Source: an uncultured Desulfovibrionaceae bacterium
Lineage (GTDB): Bacteria > Desulfobacterota > Desulfovibrionia > Desulfovibrionales > Desulfovibrionaceae
Direction: 5' to 3'
Assembly (NCBI GenBank): GCA_964371565.1
Contig: CAYJND010000001.1
Location: 1 to 56,188, forward strand
DNA length: 56,188 nt
This document shows positions 9,333 through 19,264 of this stretch, piece after piece (position 1 is the first letter of the stretch; every line of letters begins with the position of its first letter). Below the pieces are notes generated by a model. The model saw only the letters and a program-made list of their open reading frames with translations. It was not told the DNA's origin and searched no databases. The position numbers were made by a program, and so were the translations under genes.

Positions 9333-10616
9333 GTGCGTGTACTTGTTATTGGTTCTGGTGGCAGAGAACATGCTTTGGTATGGAAGCTGAGCCAAAGCCC
9401 CACAGTGAAAGAAATTTATATAGCGCCAGGTAATGGCGGCACAGCCTTAGAAAAGGTTAAGCATGTGCCCATTGCTGTGGAAGAAATCAACTCATTAGTG
9501 CGCTTTGCCCAAGAAAAGAAAATTCAACTAGTGGTGCCTGGCCCAGAGTTACCATTGACTTTAGGTATTGTGGACGCCATGAATGCCGCGGGTATACCTT
9601 GCTTTGGCCCAGATAAATATTGTGCACAGCTAGAGGGCAGCAAATCATTTGCCAAGGGCATTATGGCTAAAGGTAATGTACCTTGCGCAGCAGGCTCGCA
9701 TTTTAGCAATCACGCTGCAGCTGTAGCTTATGTTAAACAGCACGGCGCCCCTGTGGTGGTTAAGGCTGATGGTCTGGCTGCTGGTAAGGGTGTGGTGGTT
9801 GCACAAACTGTAGAAGAAGCCATAGCCGCCCTTGATTCCATAATGGTAGACAAATTGCACGGCGCTGCTGGTGCGGCTGTTATCATTGAAGATTGTCTTG
9901 TGGGTGAAGAAGTTTCTTTCCTTTGTTTTTGCGATGGAAAACATGCCGTGGCCTTGCCCTCTGCGCAAGATCACAAGGCTATTTTTGATGGCGACAAAGG
10001 CCCCAATACAGGCGGCATGGGCGCTTATTCCCCTGCGCCAATTTTGCAAGCCGATCGCTATCAAGAGATGCTTGAAATTGCCATTTTGCCCATCTTAGAA
10101 GTGCTTGGCAGTTCAAAGCATCCCTTTAAAGGCGTGCTTTATGCTGGTCTTATGATGACAGCTGATGGCCCCAAGGTGTTAGAATATAATACACGTTTTG
10201 GTGACCCAGAGTGTCAGGCTTTGCTTATGCGCTTAAAAACACCCTTAGATACCATTATGATGGCCTGTGTAAAGGGCAACCTTGATACGGTGCGCATTGA
10301 ATACAGCAATGAAGTGGCTGTGGGCGTAGTTTTGGCGGCAGAAGGCTATCCTGATAAATATGCAAAGGGCATGGTAATTGGCGGCATTGAAGCAGCTGAG
10401 GCTGTGGGTAATGTGAAAGTTTTTCATAGCGGCACTAGCCTTGAAGATGGAAAACCTGTGGCCAACGGCGGGCGTATACTATGCGTGACTGCTTTAGGTA
10501 GTGATTTGAAAAATGCTCAAGAAACAGCCTATGCAGCCATGGGAAAAATTACAATGGAAAAAGGGCAATATCGTAAGGATATAGCTCTAAAAGGCATTAA
10601 ACGCTTACAAGGATAA
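9333..10616 (+). CDS. purD: Phosphoribosylamine-glycine ligase
   Basis: GTG start preceded by AAGGAG. MRVLVIGSGGREHALVWKL, an ATP-grasp core, and EYNTRFGDPE. Confidence 0.95.
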   Translation: MRVLVIGSGGREHALVWKLSQSPTVKEIYIAPGNGGTALEKVKHVPIAVEEINSLVRFAQEKKIQLVVPGPELPLTLGIVDAMNAAGIPCFGPDKYCAQLEGSKSFAKGIMAKGNVPCAAGSHFSNHAAAVAYVKQHGAPVVVKADGLAAGKGVVVAQTVEEAIAALDSIMVDKLHGAAGAAVIIEDCLVGEEVSFLCFCDGKHAVALPSAQDHKAIFDGDKGPNTGGMGAYSPAPILQADRYQEMLEIAILPILEVLGSSKHPFKGVLYAGLMMTADGPKVLEYNTRFGDPECQALLMRLKTPLDTIMMACVKGNLDTVRIEYSNEVAVGVVLAAEGYPDKYAKGMVIGGIEAAEAVGNVKVFHSGTSLEDGKPVANGGRILCVTALGSDLKNAQETAYAAMGKITMEKGQYRKDIALKGIKRLQG

Positions 10617-10620
10617 AACA

Positions 10621-11118
10621 ATGGCAAAAGTAGCTATTTTTATGGGTTCTATTTCTGATGAGCCCCAAATCAGCCCTTGTGCTGAAATTTTGAAAAAGTT
10701 AGACATTCCCTTTGTCTTTACCGTAACTTCAGCTCACCGTACCCCTGAGCGCACTGAAAAATTGGTGACAGAGCTTGAAGAGGGCGGCGTGCAAGTATTT
10801 ATTTGTGCAGCTGGTATGGCGGCACACTTAGCCGGCGCTGTGGCAGCCCGCACCATTAAGCCTGTGATTGGTATTCCTGTATCCAGCGCTTCATTGGCTG
10901 GCATGGATGCTCTTTTTGCTACGGTGCAAATGCCTCCCGGATTTCCGGTAGCAACAGTTGCCACCGACAAGGCTGGCGCTCGCAATGCCGCATGGCTTGC
11001 CGCGCAAATTCTTTCTTTGCAAGACCCTACGCTAGTAAAGAAAATTCAAGATGCGCGTCAGCAATTTAAAGATGATGTAGAAAAAGCTGGCCAAGAAGTA
11101 TTGCAAAGATATCAATAA
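10621..11118 (+). CDS. purE: N5-carboxyaminoimidazole ribonucleotide mutase
   Basis: 165 aa. IFMGSISD, TSAHRTPE and AGMAAHLAG motifs. It starts 4 nt after purD. Confidence 0.93.
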   Translation: MAKVAIFMGSISDEPQISPCAEILKKLDIPFVFTVTSAHRTPERTEKLVTELEEGGVQVFICAAGMAAHLAGAVAARTIKPVIGIPVSSASLAGMDALFATVQMPPGFPVATVATDKAGARNAAWLAAQILSLQDPTLVKKIQDARQQFKDDVEKAGQEVLQRYQ

Positions 11119-11140
11119 AGCTTGCTTTTATATATTTGTT

Positions 11141-11168
11141 AAAGCGCCTCTTTTGAGGCGCTTTTTTT
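11141..11168. terminator. Bidirectional intrinsic terminator between purE and uvrB
   Basis: AAAGCGCCTC, loop TTTT, GAGGCGCTTTTTTT. The 8-bp GC-rich stem is flanked by an A-run and a T-run. Confidence 0.8.
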
Positions 11169-11185
11169 ATAGACAAATTACAAAT

Positions 11186-13213
11186 CTACGATGCAACTAA
11201 AATCATTTCTTGCATTTTTTTAATTTTATCGCGTAATACTGCCGCTTGCTCAAATTCTAAATTACGCGCAGCTTCGCGCATTTCTTTTTCCCAAGCTTGT
11301 ACTTGCTTAGCCATATCTTGTGGCGATAAATCCATGGGGAAATGCCCCTCTGGCACTGCTTTTTTCCCCTTACCCCGCCCGCGACCAACGTTTGCCTCTG
11401 CATCACCAAAAATCTGATCAAAGTGCGAATCCATACTCTTACGAATGGTCACAGGCACTATGCCCTGCTCCGTATTCCACGCCTCTTGCAACTCTCTGCG
11501 TCGCGCAGTTTCGCCCATGGCAGCTTGCATGGAACGGGTAATTTTATCGGCATACAATAATACCTTACCCTCAGCGTTACGGGCAGCGCGCCCAAAGGTT
11601 TGAATAAGTGAGCCTTCAGAGCGTAAAAAACCCTCTTTATCGGCATCTAAAATGGCTACCAGAGAAACTTCGGGTAAATCTAGCCCCTCACGCAATAAGT
11701 TAATGCCCACCAATACGTCAAATTCGCCCATACGCAAGGCTTTAAGAATTTGCATGCGTTCAAGGGTATCAATATCTGAGTGCAAGTAACGTGTTTTTAC
11801 CCCCATTTGCTTGCAATATTCAGTAAGGTCTTCTGCCATACGCTTGGTCAACGTAGTCACCAGAACACGCTCATCCTTGGCAATACGCGCCCTGCACTCG
11901 CCAAGTAAATCTTCCATCTGTCCCTTGGTGGGGCGCACTTCCATAAGCGGGTCTAAAAGCCCTGTGGGGCGAATAATTTGCTCGGTAACAATACCTTGAG
12001 ATTGCTCAATTTCCCACTTTCCAGGCGTTGCCGAAACGTAAACAGCCTGCCCTATGAGATTTTGAAATTCATTGAATTGCAGAGGTCTATTATCTAAAGC
12101 AGAGGGTAAGCGAAAGCCAAAGTCCACTAGCGTTTGCTTGCGCGAGCGGTCGCCTTTATACATGGCACCCACTTGCGGCACTGAAATATGCGATTCATCC
12201 ACAAAGAGCAAAAAGTCTTTGGGAAAATAATTTATCAAACAATGCGGTGGTTGCCCTTCTACACGCCCATCTAAGTGGCGCGTATAGTTTTCTACACCAT
12301 TGCAATAGCCAAGCTCTTCAAGCATTTCTAAATCAAGTTGCGTACGCTGCTCAAGGCGCTGAGCTTCCACAAGTTTATTGCCTTGCTGAAAATATTGCAA
12401 ACGCTCTTGCAATTCATCACGAATATCACTCATGGCACGGCGCAAATTGTCTTGAGCAGAAACATAGTGCGAAGCAGGATAAATGACTGTTTTTTCAATT
12501 TTTTGCCCTACTTCACCAGTAAGGGAATCAATTTCATAAATACCCTCAATGTCATCGCCAAAAAATTCTATACGTAGCGCCATTTCATGATGATAAGCAG
12601 GGATAATTTCCAGCACATCGCCGCGCACACGAAATGTACCGCGGTGAAAATCGTAATCATTGCGCTCATATTGCACTTCCACAAGGCGCCCCATAAGAGC
12701 GTCCATAGAAATATGCTGATCTATAGCAATGGGTATGACCATTTGTGCATAATATTCTGGCGAACCCAGACCATAAATGCACGAAACTGAGGCCACAATA
12801 ATAACATCGCGCCTCGTAAGTAAGGCATGGGTAGCCCCGTGGCGTAATTTATCTATATTATCATTGATGGAAGAATCTTTTTCTATATAAGTATCAGAGG
12901 TAGGCACATAGGCCTCTGGCTGATAATAATCATAATAAGATACAAAATACTCCACAGCGTTATGCGGAAAAAAGGCCTTAAATTCATTATATAATTGCGC
13001 CGCCAACGTCTTGTTTGGCGCTAGAATAAGAGCAGGCCTATTGCACTGTGCTATGGTATTGGCCATGGTAAAGGTTTTGCCAGAGCCGGTAACGCCAAGC
13101 AAGATTTGATCTTTCACACCTGCATGAATATTGTCTACAAGTTGGGATATGGCTTGAGGCTGATGCCCTCTTGGAGTATACTCACTTTGCATGGAAAAAA
13201 TTTGTTGTGACAT
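11186..13213 (-). CDS. uvrB: Excinuclease ABC subunit B
   Basis: 675 aa. GHQPQAI, Walker A GVTGSGKT, helicase motifs, and the C-terminal UVR domain ([10 protein letters not shown]). Confidence 0.96.
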   Translation of the reverse strand: MSQQIFSMQSEYTPRGHQPQAISQLVDNIHAGVKDQILLGVTGSGKTFTMANTIAQCNRPALILAPNKTLAAQLYNEFKAFFPHNAVEYFVSYYDYYQPEAYVPTSDTYIEKDSSINDNIDKLRHGATHALLTRRDVIIVASVSCIYGLGSPEYYAQMVIPIAIDQHISMDALMGRLVEVQYERNDYDFHRGTFRVRGDVLEIIPAYHHEMALRIEFFGDDIEGIYEIDSLTGEVGQKIEKTVIYPASHYVSAQDNLRRAMSDIRDELQERLQYFQQGNKLVEAQRLEQRTQLDLEMLEELGYCNGVENYTRHLDGRVEGQPPHCLINYFPKDFLLFVDESHISVPQVGAMYKGDRSRKQTLVDFGFRLPSALDNRPLQFNEFQNLIGQAVYVSATPGKWEIEQSQGIVTEQIIRPTGLLDPLMEVRPTKGQMEDLLGECRARIAKDERVLVTTLTKRMAEDLTEYCKQMGVKTRYLHSDIDTLERMQILKALRMGEFDVLVGINLLREGLDLPEVSLVAILDADKEGFLRSEGSLIQTFGRAARNAEGKVLLYADKITRSMQAAMGETARRRELQEAWNTEQGIVPVTIRKSMDSHFDQIFGDAEANVGRGRGKGKKAVPEGHFPMDLSPQDMAKQVQAWEKEMREAARNLEFEQAAVLRDKIKKMQEMILVAS

Positions 13214-13242
13214 TTTTCACTTCTACCTTTGAGGAGTTTCTC

Positions 13243-13728
13243 ATGGAATACAGAATTATTGCCGCTTCCCCTTTTACAGAGCTTGACCGTGTCTACCTTA
13301 TACAGGCCACGCTTAAAAGCTTCAAGGGGCGCCGTGACGTAGCCGTGTATTTGTTTCGCAATGACACAGGCGAAGAAGAGTTGAATGAATTACGTGGCCT
13401 TGACCTTGTGGATAAAGCCAAAGACGATACCCCAGAAGACGCTTCGCCCGATGCGGCTCTGCGCTCGGTCTTAGAAGCTTTTACCGCCGAAGAGGGCAAT
13501 TTAGTGCTTGATTATCTTAAAGAGCGCTATGAAGAGCAAATTAGTGAGGTGGTGGTAAGCCCCATTGAGATTCCTGTGCCCCTTGGCATGGTACCTTTTT
13601 CTGCCATACCCGAAGGTAAAACCATGGGTTTTATCCGCTTTGAAGCTGTAGCAGACTATAATTTACCCTTTGTTGTACGTGGTTTTTATGATTTAGATGC
13701 CCACGAATCCCTCATGGCAGAAGTATAA
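13243..13728 (+). CDS. Hypothetical acidic cytoplasmic protein
   Basis: 161 aa from the ATG at 13243, with GAGGAG 6 nt upstream. No recognisable motif. It is divergent from uvrB, with 29 bp between the start codons. Confidence 0.5.
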   Translation: MEYRIIAASPFTELDRVYLIQATLKSFKGRRDVAVYLFRNDTGEEELNELRGLDLVDKAKDDTPEDASPDAALRSVLEAFTAEEGNLVLDYLKERYEEQISEVVVSPIEIPVPLGMVPFSAIPEGKTMGFIRFEAVADYNLPFVVRGFYDLDAHESLMAEV

Positions 13729-13763
13729 AAATACACTCACATTACATAACATAGGCTTTTTAA

Positions 13764-13814
13764 GGGCAGTGGCAAGGGTTTGATATAAATTCTTGCCACT
13801 GCCCTGTCTTTTTT
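13764..13814 (+). terminator. Intrinsic terminator
   Basis: Perfect 13-bp stem GGGCAGTGGCAAG / CTTGCCACTGCCC, followed by TGTCTTTTTT. Confidence 0.8.
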
Positions 13815-13876
13815 ACCCTCTTAACCACTTTTCATTGCATAAACGGCAAAGGCGATCTGGCTTTGTAAGTAATTTT

Positions 13877-14572
13877 TTACGGCACTAAAAATTCTACTCT
13901 GCCACTTTCTAAATCATACAAAGCCCCGCGCACCACAGCATGCTCACCTTGAAAATATTTTTGCAAAGGGGGGTGAGCTGCTACAGTTTGCAACACAGAT
14001 TGCACATTGGCTTTTTCAGCCTTACGCGGATCTTTTTCTCCTTGCAAAGTAGCGTGAATATGGCGCACCACGCCTGATAAGGCACTGGGGGCGACCTCTT
14101 GTTGCGCTTTACCATCATACGCTAATGCCGCGCCCACAGCGCCGCAATGGCTATGCCCTAAAACCACCACAAGCTTTATACCAAGATGCAACACAGCATA
14201 TTCTATGCTCGCTAGCACTGTTTCGCTAAGCACATTACCAGCATTACGCACCACAAAAAGCTCACCAATACCAGCTAAAAAAATGTGCTCCGGCGGCACG
14301 CGCGAATCTGCACAGCTTAAAATAAGCGTATGTGGATTTTGTCCCTCTTGAGCATTCTTTTGGCGCACAGCTAAAGAAATATCGGCATCATTGTGCTTTG
14401 CCTGCACGTAAGCGGTATTATTTTTTTGTAAAAGGACCAAGGCCTCTTGCCAAGGCATGGCTCCATACATAGCCGTGGCACCATGGCCTGCACGGGCTGC
14501 ATAGGCTGCATGGTCAAAAGATCCCACTAGCAAAAAACAACATATGTATAAAAATACTTTTTTTATCCGCAT
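13877..14572 (-). CDS. Beta-class carbonic anhydrase, secreted
   Basis: CADSRVPPE and HSHCGAV zinc-ligand motifs. Signal peptide MRIKKVFLYICCFLLVGSFDHAAYA. The start is set to the ATG at 14572, 5 nt after GGAGG; the ORF-track start at 14584 is a TTG. Confidence 0.88.
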   Translation of the reverse strand: MRIKKVFLYICCFLLVGSFDHAAYAARAGHGATAMYGAMPWQEALVLLQKNNTAYVQAKHNDADISLAVRQKNAQEGQNPHTLILSCADSRVPPEHIFLAGIGELFVVRNAGNVLSETVLASIEYAVLHLGIKLVVVLGHSHCGAVGAALAYDGKAQQEVAPSALSGVVRHIHATLQGEKDPRKAEKANVQSVLQTVAAHPPLQKYFQGEHAVVRGALYDLESGRVEFLVP

Positions 14573-14580
14573 ACAGGCCT

Positions 14581-14624
14581 CCAAACAAAAACAGCCCTCT
14601 CTGATAATACAGAAAGGGCTGTTT
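14581..14624 (-). terminator. 10-bp stem-loop downstream of the FG-GAP gene
   Basis: AAACAGCCCT (14589-14598) pairs with AGGGCTGTTT (15-24). On the minus strand it is followed by TTTTGTTTGG. It abuts the carbonic anhydrase RBS, so read-through is likely. Confidence 0.35.
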
Positions 14625-14649
14625 ATTTACATATTCTACCTAACCTAGC

Positions 14650-16326
14650 TTATCTGCTACCGCTTTCAAAGTCGCTGATATCAGGAGCGGTATTAGGATT
14701 GCTTTGGCTTAAATCTAAGGGGTAAGCCATGATAACGCCCTTACGCGAACCTACGCCCATGGCGCCGGGGTGGGTATTTAAGCCCACAATGAGGTCAATA
14801 ATGCCGTCATTATTAAGGTCGCCAAGGTCAGAGTTTACCACAGAGCCGCGAATGCGACGTGTTTTCCATTTAAGGCCAAGACCTACGCCATCCCAATACA
14901 AAGCGTGAATTTCACCTTGAGGATACATGCGATAGTTTTCAAAAATCTCAGAAGCGGTAGACACGGGCTTATTGATAAGCACCACATATTCGCCACGACC
15001 TTCAAGATCTGCAATGTTTAAACGCATAGGAGCATAGTAGTGGCTAGGGATTTGATATCTCTTATCCACGCCAAGGCCTTCAATGCCTTTGTAGTGCTCC
15101 ATGCCCACAGAGGAGCCAGAGAACTTATCCATGGTTTGGTGCATTCTATTTTTACCATTGTTACCGTATACGGTAATGCGCTCTTCGGGGCTAAAGACTA
15201 AAAGCTTATTACCATCGCCTTGATTACCGGCAGGAAGCCAAGCAAAGCTGTATAAGTTGGTACCGGAAGGTAAGTTAATTTTTCCGCCAAGGGTTACTGC
15301 GCCGCCACCAGTATTAGCTAAATGCACACCAGCGCGGAAAAGCTTTAAGCTATCCCAGCTTTGAGCCACCAAGGTAGGCTTAAAAGAAGGCGCCATGGGC
15401 ACCACGTTTAAAAAGTAACTCGCAGGCTTTACATATTCACGTAAAGAGCTACCGTCAAAAGCATAAATGTAGGAAAGAGGTCTATTGTCGCCCTCACCAA
15501 AAGTGCTGACGACTAATTTTTCGCCGCGTCCGTCAAGAGCAATTTTACGCAAAATAAAGGCTTGGTTAGCAAGACCTAAAGACACAGAGGCTTTTTCTTG
15601 CATGGCGCCATTATTCCAATCATAGACGTATAAGTGGTGGTCACCAAGTACGGCAATTTCTGTTCTGCCATTACCGCTAAAGTCACCTGCCACAAAGTCT
15701 ACCATATTGTAGGGCAAAGCCTTACTGCGTAAACGAGAACCATCTTCCGTACCAGAACCTTGATAACGGAATTGAGGATTCAAATAGACGCCTTGCTGTG
15801 TGGTTTCGTTAATAACAATACCAGCATTCATTTGATTCACGGGGCCTTGACCGCCGCCAGAATACATGGGAGTGCTTTGAGCCCTTGCAGGACGACCAAA
15901 AGCAGAAGTGCTTAGGCCATCAGCTACACTTTGCACAGCGCCCACAATATTACCCACAGTGCTTTGTCCTGTGCGCTTCCATTCTTTACCAGATTTATCG
16001 CGCAAAGTTACATTTAAGGTAACATTATTATTTAATACATTTACTTCACCCCATGCCACATAATCTGCACCGGTGCTTTTTTGAATTTGAGCAGCGGCTG
16101 CAGCGGAAGTGGGGGCCTTATCTGTAGTACTTTTAAATAAGTCTATATGTCCAGGCCACATAAGACGTGTGGACAATGTAGACGGAACGGCTTGACCAAG
16201 ATACTTATACCCCTCGGGGGCATTAACAGTAAAAGGAAGTACCATGACAGACTTTGCAGCCAAGGCAATACTTGCCCAGAGCAATGTTACCATTAGCACA
16301 AGGGCAATTCGTAATGTTATTTTCAT
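14650..16326 (-). CDS. Secreted FG-GAP/VCBS-repeat protein
   Basis: 558 aa. Signal peptide MKITLRIALVLMVTLLWASIALA. Ca-loop-like repeats GDFSGNGRTEIAV and DLNNDGIIDLIVG. Confidence 0.6.
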   Translation of the reverse strand: MKITLRIALVLMVTLLWASIALAAKSVMVLPFTVNAPEGYKYLGQAVPSTLSTRLMWPGHIDLFKSTTDKAPTSAAAAAQIQKSTGADYVAWGEVNVLNNNVTLNVTLRDKSGKEWKRTGQSTVGNIVGAVQSVADGLSTSAFGRPARAQSTPMYSGGGQGPVNQMNAGIVINETTQQGVYLNPQFRYQGSGTEDGSRLRSKALPYNMVDFVAGDFSGNGRTEIAVLGDHHLYVYDWNNGAMQEKASVSLGLANQAFILRKIALDGRGEKLVVSTFGEGDNRPLSYIYAFDGSSLREYVKPASYFLNVVPMAPSFKPTLVAQSWDSLKLFRAGVHLANTGGGAVTLGGKINLPSGTNLYSFAWLPAGNQGDGNKLLVFSPEERITVYGNNGKNRMHQTMDKFSGSSVGMEHYKGIEGLGVDKRYQIPSHYYAPMRLNIADLEGRGEYVVLINKPVSTASEIFENYRMYPQGEIHALYWDGVGLGLKWKTRRIRGSVVNSDLGDLNNDGIIDLIVGLNTHPGAMGVGSRKGVIMAYPLDLSQSNPNTAPDISDFESGSR

Positions 16327-16599
16327 GAAAATCTCCTTACAGTTCGAGAATTTAATCTCCAGTCCGTCTTATACATTATACCTGCCTGCTATAGCAAGCT
16401 TTAGCAAGAGAAGTTTTTTACTAGCAAAATATCATTTATCTATTTAATATAAAAGAATATTATAAAGTGTCAATTTTTTGGTACAAAAATTTTGTCTAAG
16501 CCCTTTTATCTTGTTGCCTTTAATACAACTATTTCATATGCTCCGCTTAAAGCGTCAAGCGTTAAAGCCACGCCCATCATTTTTCCCAAAAGAGAGCCC

Positions 16600-17907
16600 A
16601 TGTCACGCATTTTACGTTCTTTTAGGCTAGTATGTGAAGAGCCCCTTATCCCTCTTGTGGAATTGCTTTTACAAGCAGAGGGCTATGTTTTTAGCCCAGA
16701 GCCTTTTTCCCCTTGGTGCCGCGCCTTACATGAAGAGCCGCGCCCCCTAGGCTCTAGCCTTGCAGCCATTTTTGGGCTTATTTATATTCAAGACCGCTCT
16801 TCCATGTTGCCCCCCTTAGCTTTATTGGACGAGGCCACAAGAAATAGTGAAACTTTTTCGCAAAATCCTGTGATTTTAGATATGTGCGCCAGCCCAGGCA
16901 GCAAAACAGGTTTTTTAGGGCAATTAGCAGGTAGACATAGTTTTGTGCTTGGTAATGAGCCAGCAAAGCCAAGACTTGCTACCCTGCGCGCCAATATGCA
17001 AAGCCTTTCGCTTTTACATGTAGGCACCTGCTCTTATGGCGGTGAGACTGTGCCTTTACGTCCGGCTTCTTTTGACTTTATTCAACTAGACCCGCCTTGC
17101 TCTGGTTGGGGCACTGTTGAGAAAAACCCCAATGTACTTAAATTATGGCAAGGGGATAAAGTAAAACCCCTCATAGGCTTGCAGCAATTACTTTTACAAA
17201 AAGCGTGGGAGCTTTTACGCCCAGGCGGGCAAGTGGTCTACTCTACCTGCACCACCAATGTGCAAGAAAATGAAGATCAGGTGCGCTTTGCCGTAGAAGA
17301 ACTTGGCTTTGAAGTTGTACCCATTACGCCTTTTGCAGGCTTTGTGTGGGAAGATAGCGCCCATGCCTATGGTGAGGGAACCTTAGGCGTAGACGGCGAA
17401 CGCTCGCAAGCGCAAGGTTTTTATATTGCAAAGTTTCGTAAACCTCTCAGTGCAGAGATGCCAAATGAGGACGAAAGTGACCAATGCCCGACTTTTCAAC
17501 TTACAGACAGTCTAAATATCTCTGCCCTAGAAGCCCCCTGCACAGATATATCTTTGTTAGCCGAGGGACATATTGGCCTTTTTGGCGATATGGCTCGCTT
17601 TATTCCGCGCATGACTACAGAAATATTGCCTGCAGCCTTGCAATGGCAAGCCGCCCCCTTGGGTAAAGTTACAGGCAATACCATTCGCTTAGGTTCGCGC
17701 TGTCGCGCTTTACTACCCCTTGTTCCACCGACTGAAGCCTTAATACTTGATTCATTACAAACGCTACGCGCCTTATTACAGGGGCAAAGCTTACAAACCG
17801 GCCTTGAGGGAAGAGAAACAGGACTTTATCTTGATATGCAAGGAAAAGCTTTACCCTTAGGTCGCATTACCCTTAAAAAAGGACGCGCTCTCTGGTCAGC
17901 TAAGTAA
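16600..17907 (+). CDS. RsmB/RsmF (NOP2/Sun) family RNA m5C methyltransferase
   Basis: DMCASPGSKT SAM motif, DPPCSGWG and YSTCT catalytic Cys motifs. The start is set to the ATG at 16600 and is uncertain; the ORF opens at a TTG at 16492. Confidence 0.8.
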   Translation: MSRILRSFRLVCEEPLIPLVELLLQAEGYVFSPEPFSPWCRALHEEPRPLGSSLAAIFGLIYIQDRSSMLPPLALLDEATRNSETFSQNPVILDMCASPGSKTGFLGQLAGRHSFVLGNEPAKPRLATLRANMQSLSLLHVGTCSYGGETVPLRPASFDFIQLDPPCSGWGTVEKNPNVLKLWQGDKVKPLIGLQQLLLQKAWELLRPGGQVVYSTCTTNVQENEDQVRFAVEELGFEVVPITPFAGFVWEDSAHAYGEGTLGVDGERSQAQGFYIAKFRKPLSAEMPNEDESDQCPTFQLTDSLNISALEAPCTDISLLAEGHIGLFGDMARFIPRMTTEILPAALQWQAAPLGKVTGNTIRLGSRCRALLPLVPPTEALILDSLQTLRALLQGQSLQTGLEGRETGLYLDMQGKALPLGRITLKKGRALWSAK

Positions 17908-17921
17908 TTTTCTATACAATA

Positions 17922-17950
17922 TTGACAGGCATTGCCTTACAACGTATAGC
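17922..17950 (+). promoter_or_regulatory. Sigma-70-like promoter candidate
   Basis: TTGACA (17922-17927), 17-nt spacer, TATAGC (17945-17950), about 37 nt upstream of the ATG at 17987. Confidence 0.45.
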
Positions 17951-17986
17951 TATCAACATAAAAAACCCATATCTAAAGGAATTTTT

Positions 17987-18286
17987 ATGTTATTGCAGCA
18001 AATTACTGTTGTAGGTCATGCCACAGTAGAAAAGGAATATCACGAAGCTTTTCTTGCCGAAGCAAGCCAATTAGTTGCACTTAATCGCCAAGAAAAGGGA
18101 TGCATTCAATCTTTTGTTTTGCAACATATGAGCGATGCAAACCAATTTATTCTTCAAGAAATTTGGGCAAATAAAGACGCATGGACAGCACATTTACAGA
18201 AAAAACATGTGTCTGACTTTGTAGAAAAAAGCAATACCATGGGCAAGGGTTTTCAATTACACAAATTCCAACAATGCGACATATAG
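17987..18286 (+). CDS. Antibiotic-biosynthesis-monooxygenase (ABM) domain protein
   Basis: 99 aa. Its size and pattern (QEKGCIQSF...QEIWANKDAWTAHLQKKH) are typical of YgiN-like ABM proteins. Confidence 0.65.
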   Translation: MLLQQITVVGHATVEKEYHEAFLAEASQLVALNRQEKGCIQSFVLQHMSDANQFILQEIWANKDAWTAHLQKKHVSDFVEKSNTMGKGFQLHKFQQCDI

Positions 18287-18329
18287 CGCATTGCCATCAC
18301 ATATATTTTAATCAAAACCCACTACGCCC

Positions 18330-19259
18330 CTAGCGCAAAATCAAAATAGCCGCGCCGGAGCAAGCCACCACTGCGCCCCCTATGGCACCCCAAGGTGGCA
18401 AACGCCTTTCCATAACGCCTGTTATGATAAGGGTAGCAATGGGCTGCAGGCCAATAAGCGTAGCCCCCACGGCGGCGCCGGCATATTCTAGCGCCACAGA
18501 AGAAATCCATATGCCCCCTACAGGCCCCACAAAACAGCCCCACAAAAAATATTTTATAAGCTCAGGGTGTTCCCTCAGGCCAGTGATGGAGCTACGTACT
18601 CTATGAAAACGTAATGCCATAATCCATAGCAAAATCGAAGCAGCTACATTGCGTACAAAGGTCAGCATAAGCGGTGACATGGAGGCATTAAGCGCTTCTT
18701 TACTCATGACAAAAGAAACAGCCAAAAGAAAAGCCGATAAAAGCCCAAGGCCCACACCTGCGATATAATCCTTGATGCTTACATCTTGTTCTTGCTTTGC
18801 TTTTTTATCGCATGTGGTACGACTTTTTTCTGCCCGCACCACCACAATAACACCTAGGGTAGCCAGAGCAATACCCAGCGCCCCCTGCAAGCCCAAGTAT
18901 TCGCCCAAAAAAAGCACCGCCATTAAAGCGGTCATACTGGTAGAGAGCGAAAGAAACACTACTCCAGCGCGCAAACCAATGCGGGCAAAACATTCATACC
19001 CGCACCAGTCGGCAATACCTATGCCCAAAAAACCTGACAGCAAAGCCATGAGCCAAATATAAGCCGGTTGATGCGAAAATTGTCCTAAAAAAATACAGAG
19101 AAAGAAAAGAATCACAGCCGCCAAAGGCTGACGAAAAAGCATAAATCCATGCACCCCGAGCACGCGGGCTAAGGATGCATGGATATAGGCAGAAATGCCC
19201 CAAGAAAAGGCTGTTGCTATGCCTGCCGCAACGCCAAGCATGCCTGTAAAGGTCAACAT
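18330..19259 (-). CDS. DMT superfamily (EamA-like) transporter
   Basis: 309 aa with about 10 hydrophobic helices arranged as two EamA-like halves. Confidence 0.75.
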   Translation of the reverse strand: MLTFTGMLGVAAGIATAFSWGISAYIHASLARVLGVHGFMLFRQPLAAVILFFLCIFLGQFSHQPAYIWLMALLSGFLGIGIADWCGYECFARIGLRAGVVFLSLSTSMTALMAVLFLGEYLGLQGALGIALATLGVIVVVRAEKSRTTCDKKAKQEQDVSIKDYIAGVGLGLLSAFLLAVSFVMSKEALNASMSPLMLTFVRNVAASILLWIMALRFHRVRSSITGLREHPELIKYFLWGCFVGPVGGIWISSVALEYAGAAVGATLIGLQPIATLIITGVMERRLPPWGAIGGAVVACSGAAILILR

Positions 19260-19264
19260 AAAGT

